A stretch of 64,000 nt of DNA from Azolla caroliniana (Eukaryota > Plantae > Polypodiophyta). Shown one piece after another: positions 14,861 to 26,882 of this stretch (position 1 is its first letter; every line of letters starts with the position of its first letter). Made by a program: the position numbers and the translations under genes. The stretch is from NCBI GenBank assembly GCA_043228905.1, contig JBHGNT010000001.1:33294001-33358000 (forward strand), written 5' to 3'. Under the pieces are notes generated by a model. It did no database searches. It was given only the letters and a program-made list of their open reading frames with translations, and was not told where the DNA came from.

Positions 14861-17800
14861 CAAATTCTTTACCTTCAATTTAATTTGATGGCTCGGTTGG
14901 GTTTGGTAAGAATCAAGCATGCTATGTTGGTGCCACAAAGAAGATTAATGGTTATTCAAACAACAAGAATCCGAGTGGAAATTCCTACATAGAAAGGTCG
15001 TAGCAACCACCAGACAATTTGTAGATGTGAGCATACTCCAACATGTGGCAAATGACACAATGCATATGAGTTGTGGCATAAGTTTGTCGGCATGTATGAG
15101 AGAAAGAATGAGCACTCTTCACAAGGCATCACTAATGAGGAAACTGATGAGGTTGAAGTACACAGATGGTGAGAGCATTTTGGTGCACACTAGTACATTC
15201 ATGGGTTTAGCGAATCAATTAGCCTCAACCAAGATGCCTTTAGATGATGAGATATAGGCCCTTTGCTACTTTCTTCTGTACTGGACAATTGGGAAAGCCT
15301 AGTAGTGTCACTAAGCAACTGTTGTCAAGAGGACAGGTTGTCCTTAGAGGTTGTAAAGACAAGTCTTCTAAACGAAGAGATAAGAAGAAAAGAAATGGGT
15401 ACCTCGTCTCAATAAGAAGCAAATGTAACACAAGATCCCAATAGAGGAAGGCGTAGGCAAAGGGGGTCTTAGAACTGTGACCAATCGAGAGAGAGAGAGA
15501 GAGAGGTCAAAATCTAAGGTAAAATTCACGTGTTTCTATTGTGGAAAACTGGGTCATTTCCAAAAGAACTATCAACATTTTAATAGAGACAAAGGAATTG
15601 TTGATATTGTTGAGCTGAAGAAAATTTCAGAAGAGAAAAGCAACTCAGCCATTACAGCTAGTGAGGAAGAGTCGTTGTTCATTAGTGGACAAACTTGTGT
15701 GAACCTTGCAAATGATGAGTGCTCTTGGGTTGTCAAGTCCGGTGCATCGTTTCACTTGACTCTGATAAGGGAATGCTTCTAATCTTATACATCTAGTGAC
15801 TATGGTTATGTAAAGATGAGGAGTGATGGTTCATGCAAGGTTGTTGGCATAGGAAATGTTTGTTTGTTGACATCTACTGGATACGGGTTAATGCTTAAAG
15901 ATACACACCATGTTTCGGATGTTAGATTGAATCGGATATCTGTTGGATGACTTGATGATGAAAACTAGAGTGGTAGCTTCCAAAATGGTGTATGGAAATT
16001 TGCAAGGGAAGTCTAATCGTGGCTAAGGCACAAAAATAGAATACACTGTATATAATGCATGCAAAATTGTGTAGAGATGAAGCAAATGTAGTGGACGATT
16101 CAGTTGGTGAGTTATGGCATAAAAGGCTCGGCCACATGAGCAAGTGGGGAATCCATACGCTTGGTAAAAAGGTTCTCCTTCTAGAAGTGAAAGGTATGCA
16201 TCTGAAACATTGTGTGGATTCCTTGGCTAGTAAACAAAACATGGCGTCCTTTCATTCTAGGCCTCCGATGAGGAGAAAACATGCTTTAGAACTGGTTCAC
16301 ACTGATGTATGCTATGTGGATGCAAAGTCACATCGTGCTGCATAATACTTTCTGACTTTCATTGATGACCACAATAGAAAGTTGTGGGCTTCTATACTGA
16401 AAAGTAAAGACCAGGTGTTGTCAATCTTTAAGGATTTTCATGCTAGGACTGAAAGGAAATCCGGACAAAAGTTGAAGGTTGTCAAGACAAACAATGGTGG
16501 TGAGTATAGGGGCCAGTCCGAACAGTATTGTAGGATTCTTAGTATCAAACTTGAGTATACAATGCCCAAGACACCTGAGCTGAATGGTCTAGCAAAGAGG
16601 ATGAACAGGACCATAGTGGAAAGGGTGAAAAGCATGTTGTGACATGCCAAACTGTCGAAGTCATATTGGGCTAAAGCAACGATGACAGTTGTTTATCTCA
16701 TAAACATGTCCCCCTTAGTGCAATTCGTTCAAGATATGCTGACATACTAAGAGGGAGTGATAACTTAAGTGCCATACTTAAGACACCACCTAGAAGGTTG
16801 AGCTCATATGTGTATGCTTTACTAACACATAGAGATTTTGTGCTTCAACGTATGAATACCCCTTCTTAGGAAGGAGACATATATCAAGAACACATGTATA
16901 CTCTAGTCCCATAGAGCAAAATTGGCCTCTTTATGGACGATAAAAATTCTAATTCTAATTCTAGATGGTGATGTGCCACAAAGGGTATGGACTTGAAGAG
17001 ATGTCTCTTACCAGCATTTGAGGGTGTTTGGATGCCTTGCATACATGCATATTGCAAAAGATCAGAGGTCAAAGCTAGACAACAAGTTCGAGTGATGCAT
17101 TTTCTTGGGGTCCTCAAAAGACGAGTTTGAATATAGATTGTGGGATTTGGTTGACAAGAAAGTGGTTAGAAGTCGGGATATTGTGTTTATGGAAGAAAAG
17201 ATGATTGAATACTAGAAACAATAGCAGCCTGTGTTGTCTTCCCAATCGACCACTATTCTGGATTCTGTAGTTGTTGATTCCAGTCCTATACAACCGGCTG
17301 ACATACAACAGTTGGTTGATGCACACCATGAAGATGTGCATGGTGCAGATGATACTAAGCCGATTGAAGCAAATGATATTCAGCCGATTGCTTAAGTAAG
17401 GAGATACCCACTTAGACAAAGAAAGGCTTCCTCTCGATATGCATGAGAACCATACCTGTGATCTAGTGGACATATTTGAGGGAAAGAGAGCTCTCAGAAA
17501 CAAGTGGGTCTTCAAACTGAAAACTGGAGAAGATGGTTGCCCACCTAGATACAAAGCCCGCATAACGGTGAAGGGCTTTCAATAGAAGAAGGGTGTCGAC
17601 TTTGATGATATATTTGCTCCAGTTGTAAAGGTGTCATCCATCCGAACTGTTCTAAACCTAGTTGCAAGCATGAAGTTGGAGGTTCAACAACTAGATGTAA
17701 AAATAACATTCCCATATGGTCAGCTAGAAGAGGAAAACTACATGGAGCAACTTGAGGGTTTTGAGGTAAAAGGAAAGGAGAATCTTGTATGTAGGTTGAG

Positions 17801-18034
17801 GAAGAGCTTATATGGTTTGAAGCAAGCTCCTCGACAATGGTATAAGACATTTGAATCCTTCATGATGAAACATAGATTCCACAAAACACAAGCTCACCAT
17901 TCTGTGTTTGTGAAAAAATATGATGAATATGATTTTCTTATTCTCCTGCTTGGCTGTCACAAGAAAAATATGTGACAAAAGTATTGCAAAGGTTCATTAT
18001 GGATAAGGCAAAACTTATAGGCCCTACACTACCA

Positions 18035-18699
18035 ATGAATTTTAAGCTAAATTCTAGTCAGTGTCCGAAAAGTGAAAAGGATAAGGCCGAGATGAAAAAG
18101 TTGTCGTATGCCTAAACTGTTGGTAGCCTAATCTATGACATGGTTTGTACTAGGCTAAACATTGCCTTTGTTGTTGGGACAGTCAATCGATTCATGAGCA
18201 ATCTTGGTAAGAAGAATTGGGCTACTGTGAAATGGATTCTTAGATACTTGAAAGGGATAATGAGTTTTAAGTTAATTTCTAGTCAGTGTCCGAAAAGTGA
18301 AAAGGATAAGGCCGAGATGAAAAAGTTGTCGTATGCCTCAACTGTTGGTAGCCTAATCTATGACATGGTTTGTACTAGGCTAAACATTGCCTTTGTTGTT
18401 GGGACAGTCAATCGATTCATGAGCAATCTTGGTAAGAAGAATTGGGCTACTGTGAAATGGATTCTTAGATACTTGAAAGGGATAATGAGTTTTAAGTTAA
18501 TTTCTAGTCAGTGTCCGAAAAGTGAAAAGGATAAGGCTAAGATGAAAAAGGTGTCGTATGCCTCAACTGTTGGTAGCCTAATGTATGACATGGTTTGTAC
18601 TAGGCCAAACATTACCTTTGTTGTTGGGACAGTAATCTTGAGTGATCTTGGTAAGGAGCATTGGGCTACTGTGAAATGGATTCTCAGATACTTGAAAGG
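18035..18699 (+). repeat. 225-bp in-frame tandem triplication inside the copia RT/RNase H junction
   Basis: Units start at 18035, 18260 and 18485; peptide KLISSQCPKSEKDKAEMKK...KWILRYLKG repeated. Confidence 0.95.
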
Positions 18700-19182
18700 C
18701 ACCTCGAGTGTATGCCTTAGGTATAGTTCCAGAAAACCTATGCTTGAAGGTTTCAACATATGTGATGACTTATGCAGGGGGAGCTGTGTCTTGGCAATCG
18801 AGATTGCAAAAGGTTGTGGCTTTGTCGACCACAAAGGCAAAATATATGGCTATAGTTGAGGCTAGCAAGGAATTGATTTGGATGAGAGATTTTTTGACTG
18901 AATTAGGAATGAAACAAGACAAATTCCTACTTCATTGTGACAATCAGAGTGTCACCCACCTTGCCAAGAATGATGCCTACCACTCTCGTATCAAACACAT
19001 ACAGAGAAGGTATCACTAGCTACGAGAGAGGGTGGACGATGGTGATTTTGTGTTAGTGAAAATACACACTATAGATAATGGGTTAGATATGCTGACAAAG
19101 ACTTTGGCCATGGAAAAGCTTATTGCTTGCCGCATGAGAGTGGGTCTGGTTGACTCTCCCATACATGAGTGAAGGGGGAGTT

Positions 19183-19535
19183 TGTTATGACGGTTTCCCT
19201 CCTCATGGGTGAAGGAGGGGCCATAAGCCGACTAAGGACCGGCTCAAAGCCAATTTCCATCCTCAACGATGAGGATTGGTGTCAAGGTTGTGGCCTTGAT
19301 ATTTTGGATATTCCCCTAGTGATGTAGGGAGGTTGTAAACATCTGTACAGTCTGTCATAGTGAAGTTCTGACACCTTCAGGGTCCCGTGGTTATTCCTAT
19401 TTTAGGGTTTTCCACGAAAAATATCGTGTGTCTCTATTTTGCATTTTGTTTTGTTTTCCCTATTGGTTGAATCATATTCATGAGTGGTCAGTGGTGGTAT
19501 AAGTGGCCGGCCGATTCCGACCCCTATACACAACA
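19183..19535 (+). mobile_element. 3' LTR of the copia element
   Basis: Starts TGTT 2 bp after the PPT and ends CAACA; contains GGGTTTTCCACG, also present in the solo LTR at ~39741. Confidence 0.75.
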
Positions 19536-19546
19536 TTTTTACAACA

Positions 19547-19955
19547 TTTTCTTGGGTCGATCAAACATCTACATTCTCATCTGTTGGAAAGAAATGCTAA
19601 ATTAAGCGTCTTGATCACGGTGGAAGTACGAGGGCTTTAAGCTATGATGTAGACATAAGCGGATGGTGTCCCAGCCTACGTTCCCACCTATGTCATTTCT
19701 ATGACCTGATGGACAAATATTTTTATCAGAAAATATTGTTACTCCTGAGATTCAACCAACCACTAACATGGGGTTATCTGTCTATAGAATGGGCCCTTTA
19801 GCTCGAACTAAAGCTGTAAAGTAGGTAGCTAGTATATCAAATTCAGAATCGGCATCATTTGCAGAATTGGAGGCACATAATTTGATTTTGACAGTGATAA
19901 GGCTGCTTATAATCAATTGGTGAGAGGTCAAATATCTATGTAAATTGCTCAAAAA
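19547..19955 (+). pseudogene. atpA: Nuclear copy of a plastid atpA fragment (NUPT), copy 2
   Basis: Diverged direct repeat of 13497-13916. Peptides LHSHLLERNAKLS, GGSTRAL, VPAYVPTYVISMT, GQIFLS, EIQPTTNMGLSVYRMG, SFAELEA. Confidence 0.85.
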
Positions 19956-20477
19956 GGAGATGAGGAAAATAAAGTTTCTGTAAGGGTTTCTTTCCTACAG
20001 ATGAAAACTGCTTTAGTCGATTCTATTCAATATCCTTGATAGTAAAAAAGAGGTATAAACTTACTACAATCCATTTCCACCGTCAAAATTATCTATTGAG
20101 CTAGAAGAGCTGCACGATCCATGGCTTATTTTGTGGAGAAGTGGGCTCTCTTTGCCCGTCAAAGAAATATTGTATTTTTATCAACCTCCAATATTCATGG
20201 CACGGTGCACTTGTTCTTAAATTTGTCCATTATTCAATATGATAACTTCCCCTTAACAGGTTCTTCAAATAATGGTAAATTGCCTAATATACGTTATTAA
20301 ATTCTTACAATGATTGCCCTTGCTTGTCAAAATCACCAAATGTACCCATATATTTTTCTTTTGAGACAAATTGCTTTGTCACCTACCTAAATTAGATTCC
20401 TTTTTTCTGACGGTAACTCCCTCACACCCAACGATAATATCTGTTTTCACAAGTTATATTATAAATAGTTTATCATT

Positions 20478-23400
20478 TTAGATGTTGACCGAGGGAAGAT
20501 CTTTATCAAGAGGGAGGTCGCTTAGTAAACAGTTCGAACGAGGTTCACATAAAGATGCCATCTCCATTAAGGACTCCTTCACTTGTTCTGCTTGAATCAT
20601 ATCCTTTTCCCTTGTCTGCATCAAAGATCCAAAATGAACACCAGCTTAGGTAAAATGAAGTTTTTTTCTCTTCATATGGGTCCACAAGTTCAAGGAAACA
20701 CCAAGCACAATATAAACACTTTGAAGTTAATGAGGATTCATATAGATAAATATAGCATACTTTTCATATACCCTATCACAAGTCTAATAAGGGTTGATAG
20801 ATGCAATGGCTCTTTCTTGTTAGCACCGAGATCACTTACAATTCATTGAATTCAGACAAGACGACCTAAGAAAATAGAATCTTACCTCTGCGTTGAATAC
20901 ATTCAAAACAAGGCCCCTGAATGTGGTTATATTAGCATGCACAACATCAAGCCCAAGAACATCGAGTGTATGCATTAATTTAACAAAGACACTGGGCCTT
21001 TTCTCACAAAATATCCGCAAGCTAAAGCCATGGCTATCCAACTTATTCACTTCCACCTGAAAGTACATATGCAAAATTTCAGTATTGGCTCTAGTCAAAA
21101 CATTGAAATTAACGTTTGGTATATTAACAAGAATACGCCTAAGTTTTCAAAATTACTGGAATACCTCTGCAGGATAAACATTTGTAACTCCAAAGGTGTA
21201 TTCTGGTAAATTTACATAACTTAGGGATATCATAGTAAATACCAAAGCGTTAGAGATACTTATTACACATGCTCGAAAACGCCCATTTTGACCTGCATCG
21301 GTGGGATTGGTTCATCAATCCTCTTATCATTCAAGTCATTAGAGATCTTCATTTGATCGGTCTTTAGTGAACATTGGACGTCATCTACTCTCACAAGAAG
21401 CCCATTTTCTTCCATCTGGTTCCCGCAATTTCCTTCCTCTTGTTGATGCGAGGAGACATGAGTTTGTTGCAAATCCTCGACATCTTTTGTTTCGAGAAGC
21501 TCATCTTGCAGTTCTTTCACTTGTTGTTGGAGTTCTTTTACATACTCTATCGCATCTCCAAGAATTGATGCCCTGTCCATCTGTACACATAGTTGTGCCA
21601 GGTGAAAAATCCCACATGAAGAAATTTGTCTTCTGGTTCAATTAAATTCCACATGGATAAATTCTCTCTTTTTGTTTTTTCTTTTTCATCGCCACATGAG
21701 AATACCAGCATTAATTTTAATTGGAATTGTTATATTGGCAAAGAATAGTATTGGGCATCAGAATATTCATCTGATTAGAGGAGGGTAATACCTATTACAT
21801 GATTATATATGCACTCATTTTGAATGGAATAGTTATATATTAGCAAACAAAATGAACTTGGTCTCGAACATGCCCACCGATTAGAGTATACTACAGGATA
21901 TCCCTAGAATGCCCCTCCAATTAAAGGAGAAATCAGAGATAAATCCCACAGTGGTTTATGATTGCCAGTAATGGATTCATGGCTTAAAGCTTAAGAAACT
22001 TGAAAGGAAGAAGAGTGAGACAGAAATCAACTTACCTTGGTTATCTTTGGCACTAAGGCACGCAAGGAGTACAGTCTCTCATTCAACTTCTTCCTCCGTT
22101 TGCGCTCCGCCACCAAGTTCTTCGATAAATGCCTCCGCCCTGACCTTGCTACACCTTTATCTTCATCATCCTCCATTTGGTCGCTACACTCCGAAGAATC
22201 AGCCCGCATCTCTTGCTTTACATCTCGATCCGAGACCTCCTTAGAAAGCCCACTAGCATGTGGGGAATCCAAGAAAGATGACTTTTGCATAGAATAACTT
22301 GGAGCCATAGGTAGAATCATATCGGGAAAGCTTGATTCACCTGATAATAGAGCTCTCTCTGCCTGAAGAGAGTCCCCGATTCCTTCAAACATTTCATGTC
22401 TTTGCTTCGGATTCGAAAAACCCCCTTGGCTGCCTTGACCAGAGAAATTAAGCTGTTGAGAGCTCATGTGAATGGATAAAATATTTTCATGTAATGAAGG
22501 CTCATGGCTCCAGGGACCCAAGTCTGTTGAGGGTATCCAAGGGAATTGAGTGTTTCCGCTTGAGTTCGCATTGTAATGGGGTCCACAAATGCTTGTATTC
22601 GCTGAATATTTTTTCATTGACTTGTCATCCAGCATCCCATGATAATTTTGCAAGTCTTTACTGAACCCCGATATCAGTGGAGACTCTGGCATGTTCACTA
22701 TCATTGAGGGTGTATTCAGTCCACCGAAGAAATTGTTTGTATCGAAGTAGCCCCCTCTGTTGCCTCCACTTTGGAATTGTTGCTCGTGTAATGATGTTCT
22801 GTCATTTTCGGCCATTGGGTTTGTGTTGTTTGCCAACCATATATCACCACATTTATCCATCACTAATTGTATAAGAGATGGGTTGTCCATGGCCTTAGAT
22901 CAAACGCACCACCACGATCATTTTCTTATTTTGCATGGAACGAATAGATAGAGAAACACAATTAGAAGAAGCCAAGTCAAAGGGAATACTCACTTGATTG
23001 GATAGGCCAAGCTCGATGAGACCTGCTGGCATTGGAACATAGACTTTCGCCTGAGAAACCTCCTGTAGATGTCACCCTTTGAATCATCAACAACTCGAAA
23101 ACTTTCAGGAGAACACAGAATAGAAAATTTCAAATTGATTTTTGGAAGAATATTGCTTGATAGAAATCCATACTTTCAAGGATGAGGAGCATGCATCTGA
23201 ATTTGAAAGATTAACCCATCGTGGTTGTCCAGTAAACCAAACCTGTCCATGTATTCTGCACATACCATAAAACATCAGTCTTTAATTCATTATCCTCCAT
23301 GTCTCTCTGAACTATAGCTATCCAGAAAAACTTGGTCTATGTTCACACAATGACCAACCTTTGGCCCTAGTCCATTGCTATCGAAACAATAGCTTCCCAG

Positions 23401-24452
23401 AATACAAAACATAAGTCTACAAAGACACTAGGTCTATAATAACATCCAACTATGTAGCTACTATCCATTGGCAAACTCTCGATTCATTAAATCTTTGAGG
23501 CTATGCATATGCTCATAAGATGGATGTACAACCATAGTGATGAACGCACTTACCCAGTATCCAGAGAGATTGATAATGGCATTTGCATGAGGAACTCGCA
23601 AATTGAGCTATTGGCATGTGGAACTGAATTGTCAGGACATTTTGGTCCATCCAAAAAAGATGCCGAGGAAATAAAGCCGGTTTCTTGTAGCAGCTGAGAT
23701 GATGCTCCAGCACAGCAACATCCTAGTAATTCCACTAATCTGACAAAAAAAAACATCGGTACAATTGACTCTAGTACGAGAACAAGCATGAGGATATGGA
23801 ATATTATGGTTTACATCAAGTTTTTATCATATAGAGGGCAATGTAATGAGTATTTGGTTTCTAAAAGTCTGATCCACAACAACCTATACTTTTGTTAGTA
23901 AACAAACTACCATTTTGTACATCAACAATATACATCTTCGCTCATCAACAATCTATAACTTTTGTTTATCAAGAAACTATGCCATAGTTCATTGACAATA
24001 TAGACAATCGTTACCTTTTTCCACCAGCAAACCACACCTCTTTTCATCAATAAACTATAACTCGAATTCATCAACAATAGATACCTTTGCTCATCAACAA
24101 TCCCTACCATGGTGATGACAACAATCTATACAGTTATTGCAACTAACTAAACCGTTGTTCACTAACAACCAAGAATCTATACCTTATATCCATGCCTTTC
24201 AGATAACAAACTAAACATTTGTCCATTAACAATCAACAATCTATACCTTCGTTCTTATGTAAGAATCTATACCTTTGTTCATGAACAATATCCAAAGCTT
24301 TGATCAACCTTCCAAAAACGGTATCGAAATGCTAAATGATTTTCAAAAGCCGTAACATCAACGTACCTTTGTTCTTCAACAATCCTCCAATAAATGATAT
24401 AATCGACGCCTTTCCCACCCACAAGAAATCGAAGCTGTTCGTGTGGACCCAT
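20478..24452 (-). CDS. AMS: ABORTED MICROSPORES-like bHLH transcription factor (MYC_N + bHLH + ACT-like), 625 aa
   Basis: Eight exons (24452-24367, 23739-23554, 23255-23174, 23062-22994, 22893-22036, 21580-21293, 21056-20886, 20615-20478) total 1878 nt. AMS-type motifs: [112 protein letters not shown]. Orthology not tested. Confidence 0.9.
23872..24300. repeat. Degenerate ~22-bp minisatellite in bHLH intron 1 resembling the exon-1 splice donor
   Basis: Recurrent TACCTTTG(C/T)TCATCAACAATC(T) units; the exon 1/intron 1 junction itself reads TACCTTTGTTCTTCAACAATCC (24364-24385). Confidence 0.75.
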
Positions 24453-24756
24453 CAAATTGGAATACGATTTTCAGATGGTGTCACATATCCAAGTGCGAAA
24501 AAAGAGGAACAAATTGGACGTGAAATCACGTGGATCTCAGCATATATCAATTTGATGTTATAAAAGAAAACGTAATAACAACTCAAAAACAGCTGCGAGA
24601 GAGAGAGTCTTTGTTAATACTATCGAGAAAGAAAACACAGAGATAACATAAGCCCTTAACTCTCTTGGGGCAAGCGGGTAGGACATGTAAACCCTTAATT
24701 TCCTGTCTCTCTCATGTAGCATATAAATCAGGCAGTATATGTAAACCCTGATTCAA

Positions 24757-24778
24757 TGTCTCTCTGTTTCTCTCTGTC

Positions 24779-24835
<57 letters not shown>

Positions 24836-24935
24836 GTCTGTGGCTCGCTCTCACAGTCGATCACTGAGTGAGTCAGGAAGAAAACGTGAGCTACCAACTT
24901 CTTGTTCCATCTGCTTCGACCCAAACGTGTGTGCT

Positions 24936-24977
<42 letters not shown>

Positions 24978-25040
24978 CTCTCTCTTCATTCTCTCTCTTC
25001 AATTGTCGTTGGTTCACACGCTCACACACACACACACACA
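24757..25040. repeat. (CT)n/(CA)n tracts in the bHLH 5' region
   Basis: Directly visible; (GA)n on the gene strand. Confidence 0.9.
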
Positions 25041-25079
25041 CCAACCTTGTCCCACTAGTGCCTGCCGTCCCATGGGGCT

Positions 25080-25089
25080 GCCACGTGGC
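25080..25089. promoter_or_regulatory. Perfect palindromic G-box GCCACGTGGC upstream of the AMS-like gene
   Basis: 10-bp palindrome in a GC-rich patch just beyond the GA/CA tracts; a second CACGTG at 24527-24532. Confidence 0.5.
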
Positions 25090-25989
25090 GCGTCATCAAC
25101 CCCTCTCGCCCCGCCACTCCTCGTTTCGGTCCGGGGGCCCCCGGCCAAACCACGACACCCACACCAAAACACGTATCTTTTTAACCCAATGTGAGAGACG
25201 CGTCCTGCCCCCCCCCCCCCCCCCGGTTCCCTACACTTCCAAAACCCCATTGCCCATCCTAGTTCCCATCAATGCATGAAAGCTGCCTTGACCTACTAAA
25301 CATTCATACCTTTCTTCAAAGACCACTTCTTAATCCTCTTTATCATGCTTTCTTGGCTATGCGCATACAATTGCTTGATCTATCGGACCGCCCCACAATT
25401 TTAATCGCCAGTTTGACCTGTATGTTGACCACCCCCCCCCCCCCCCCATGCCCAATTGTGATTGACACGACAGTAGTGCACATATGTGCTTGGCACCTCT
25501 ACCCTTGGCCAGTCTCGCCTTCTTGATGCAAGGTTGTCTTTTCATAACCCCAGAGTAGTCGTGAGGGGTATTTTACATCGTGCAATGGGTAGGGGAACTA
25601 TCGAATGCTACCTAAAGCCTTAGGCATCCATGTTGAAGCAACATCTTGGCTTATAACAACGAGAAAAAGAAAACAAATGGTCTCACGTAAAAGCACAATA
25701 TGCATTATAACTTTGAGGTTGTGGTGTCCCGTCTCCAATAGTCAAGTTTGATTTTGTCCTCATAATAACCTTACATCATATTTTTATTTTAGAGATCATG
25801 CATATTAACACTCACATTGTTGGGGCTTTAAAAAATAGCACCATGTTATAAATGCAATGACTCTAAAAGATTTTCTACCTTTGACTTCCCTTGAAAGTCT
25901 TATGCGAGCCTTTGCAATTTTTACACACCATTTTTTTAAGATTTTTTGACATGGGTTCATTGTATAAATAAGATATATTGGCTGCTAAG

Positions 25990-26250
25990 TGATTGAAACA
26001 AGGCTACAACTAGAAGCCAATGGTTGCAACCTTAGCAAAGTACAACTAGAATCGAATGGTTACAACTCCTATATTGACGGCATCGGGAGGACTAGGAGTA
26101 ATATGAGCCTTGGAATATGTGGGAGTTCCTTTTACTATGGATGCTCTAAAGTCCAAACAACTTTTCGATTTATTGATCTATTTTATTATTGGCCTTCAAG
26201 GTTGGATAGATTTTCTTGAGTTGTCTAATACATTTTATGTTGTCCCTAGA
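25990..26250 (+). mobile_element. Possible gypsy integrase zinc-binding region remnant
   Basis: Peptide TTFRFIDLFYYWPSRL followed by decayed Cys residues, resembling T...I...YYWP. Confidence 0.3.
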
Positions 26251-26717
26251 GCCCATAATGACAGGGGTGAGTCGTGACTAAATACATAGTTCTGTGGCTA
26301 CATTTGCACCCTTATAGAAAATGTTATGCAATTAGTCTATTGCTTTCACGCAAAAGCCTCAAAATAAGGCTGCTTTTGAAGAATGGAAACGTTTTCCATG
26401 CTCATGTAAAATTATTGATGCTTTTACTTTTATTTTAAACAATTTTCATGACCCAAGGTGTTTGCGTCATACCTTGAAAATTATGATTCTTTATTAGAGA
26501 TAAGTGACAATCAATATATGTGGTTTTATAATCATCTCTTGCCATGGATAAGATGCACATCATGCTCTAGAGTGCTTTCCTTTACCTTGGAAATGATAGG
26601 TCTTTGCCTTGTTATCCATGGACCAACTATGGGACTAAGGAGATCATGTTAGTCTTGGCCGGATTGGGACCTTAAAATGGACAATGTTGTTTTATCTCTA
26701 TTGCTTGGTCATTGGGG

Positions 26718-26882
26718 TCATGTTGTTTTCTTCAGCTCAAATATTGGTTGTGTTTCCCCAATTAAGCCTCACATCGCCCTATATCCTTTGTATTCCTTGG
26801 CCTTTGGCGTCATGTTATTTCCTTGAGCTCAAATATTGGTTGTGTTTCCCCCAATTAAGCCTCGTATCGCCCTATATTCTTT
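26718..26882. repeat. ~90-bp tandem duplication
   Basis: GTCATGTT..AGCTCAAATATTGGTTGTGTTTCCCCAATTAAGCCTC..ATCGCCCTATAT occurs twice. Confidence 0.85.

Larger units (their letters stand above)
15027..19535 (+). mobile_element. Degenerate Ty1/copia LTR retrotransposon, 5' LTR missing
   Basis: Copia domain order: gag zinc knuckle CFYCGKLGHFQKNY, protease WVVKSGASFH, GAG-pre-integrase LWHKRLGH, integrase NNGGEY / PELNGLAKRMNRTI, RT QLDVK / LYGLKQAPRQW, RNase H CDNQS / HIQRRYH. PPT GAAGGGGGAG at 19171-19180. Many stops and frameshifts. Confidence 0.95.

Noticed and set aside
13497-19955. The ~420-bp direct repeats as LTRs of the copia element, or as a viral RdRp fragment (DISGWCPSLR frame)
   Set aside because: No TG...CA ends or PBS, and the true 3' LTR follows the PPT at 19183. 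Another frame matches plastid atpA over many motifs.
24712-25279. Overlapping ORFs with ER/SL/HT repeats
   Set aside because: Products of (GA)n and (CA)n tracts.
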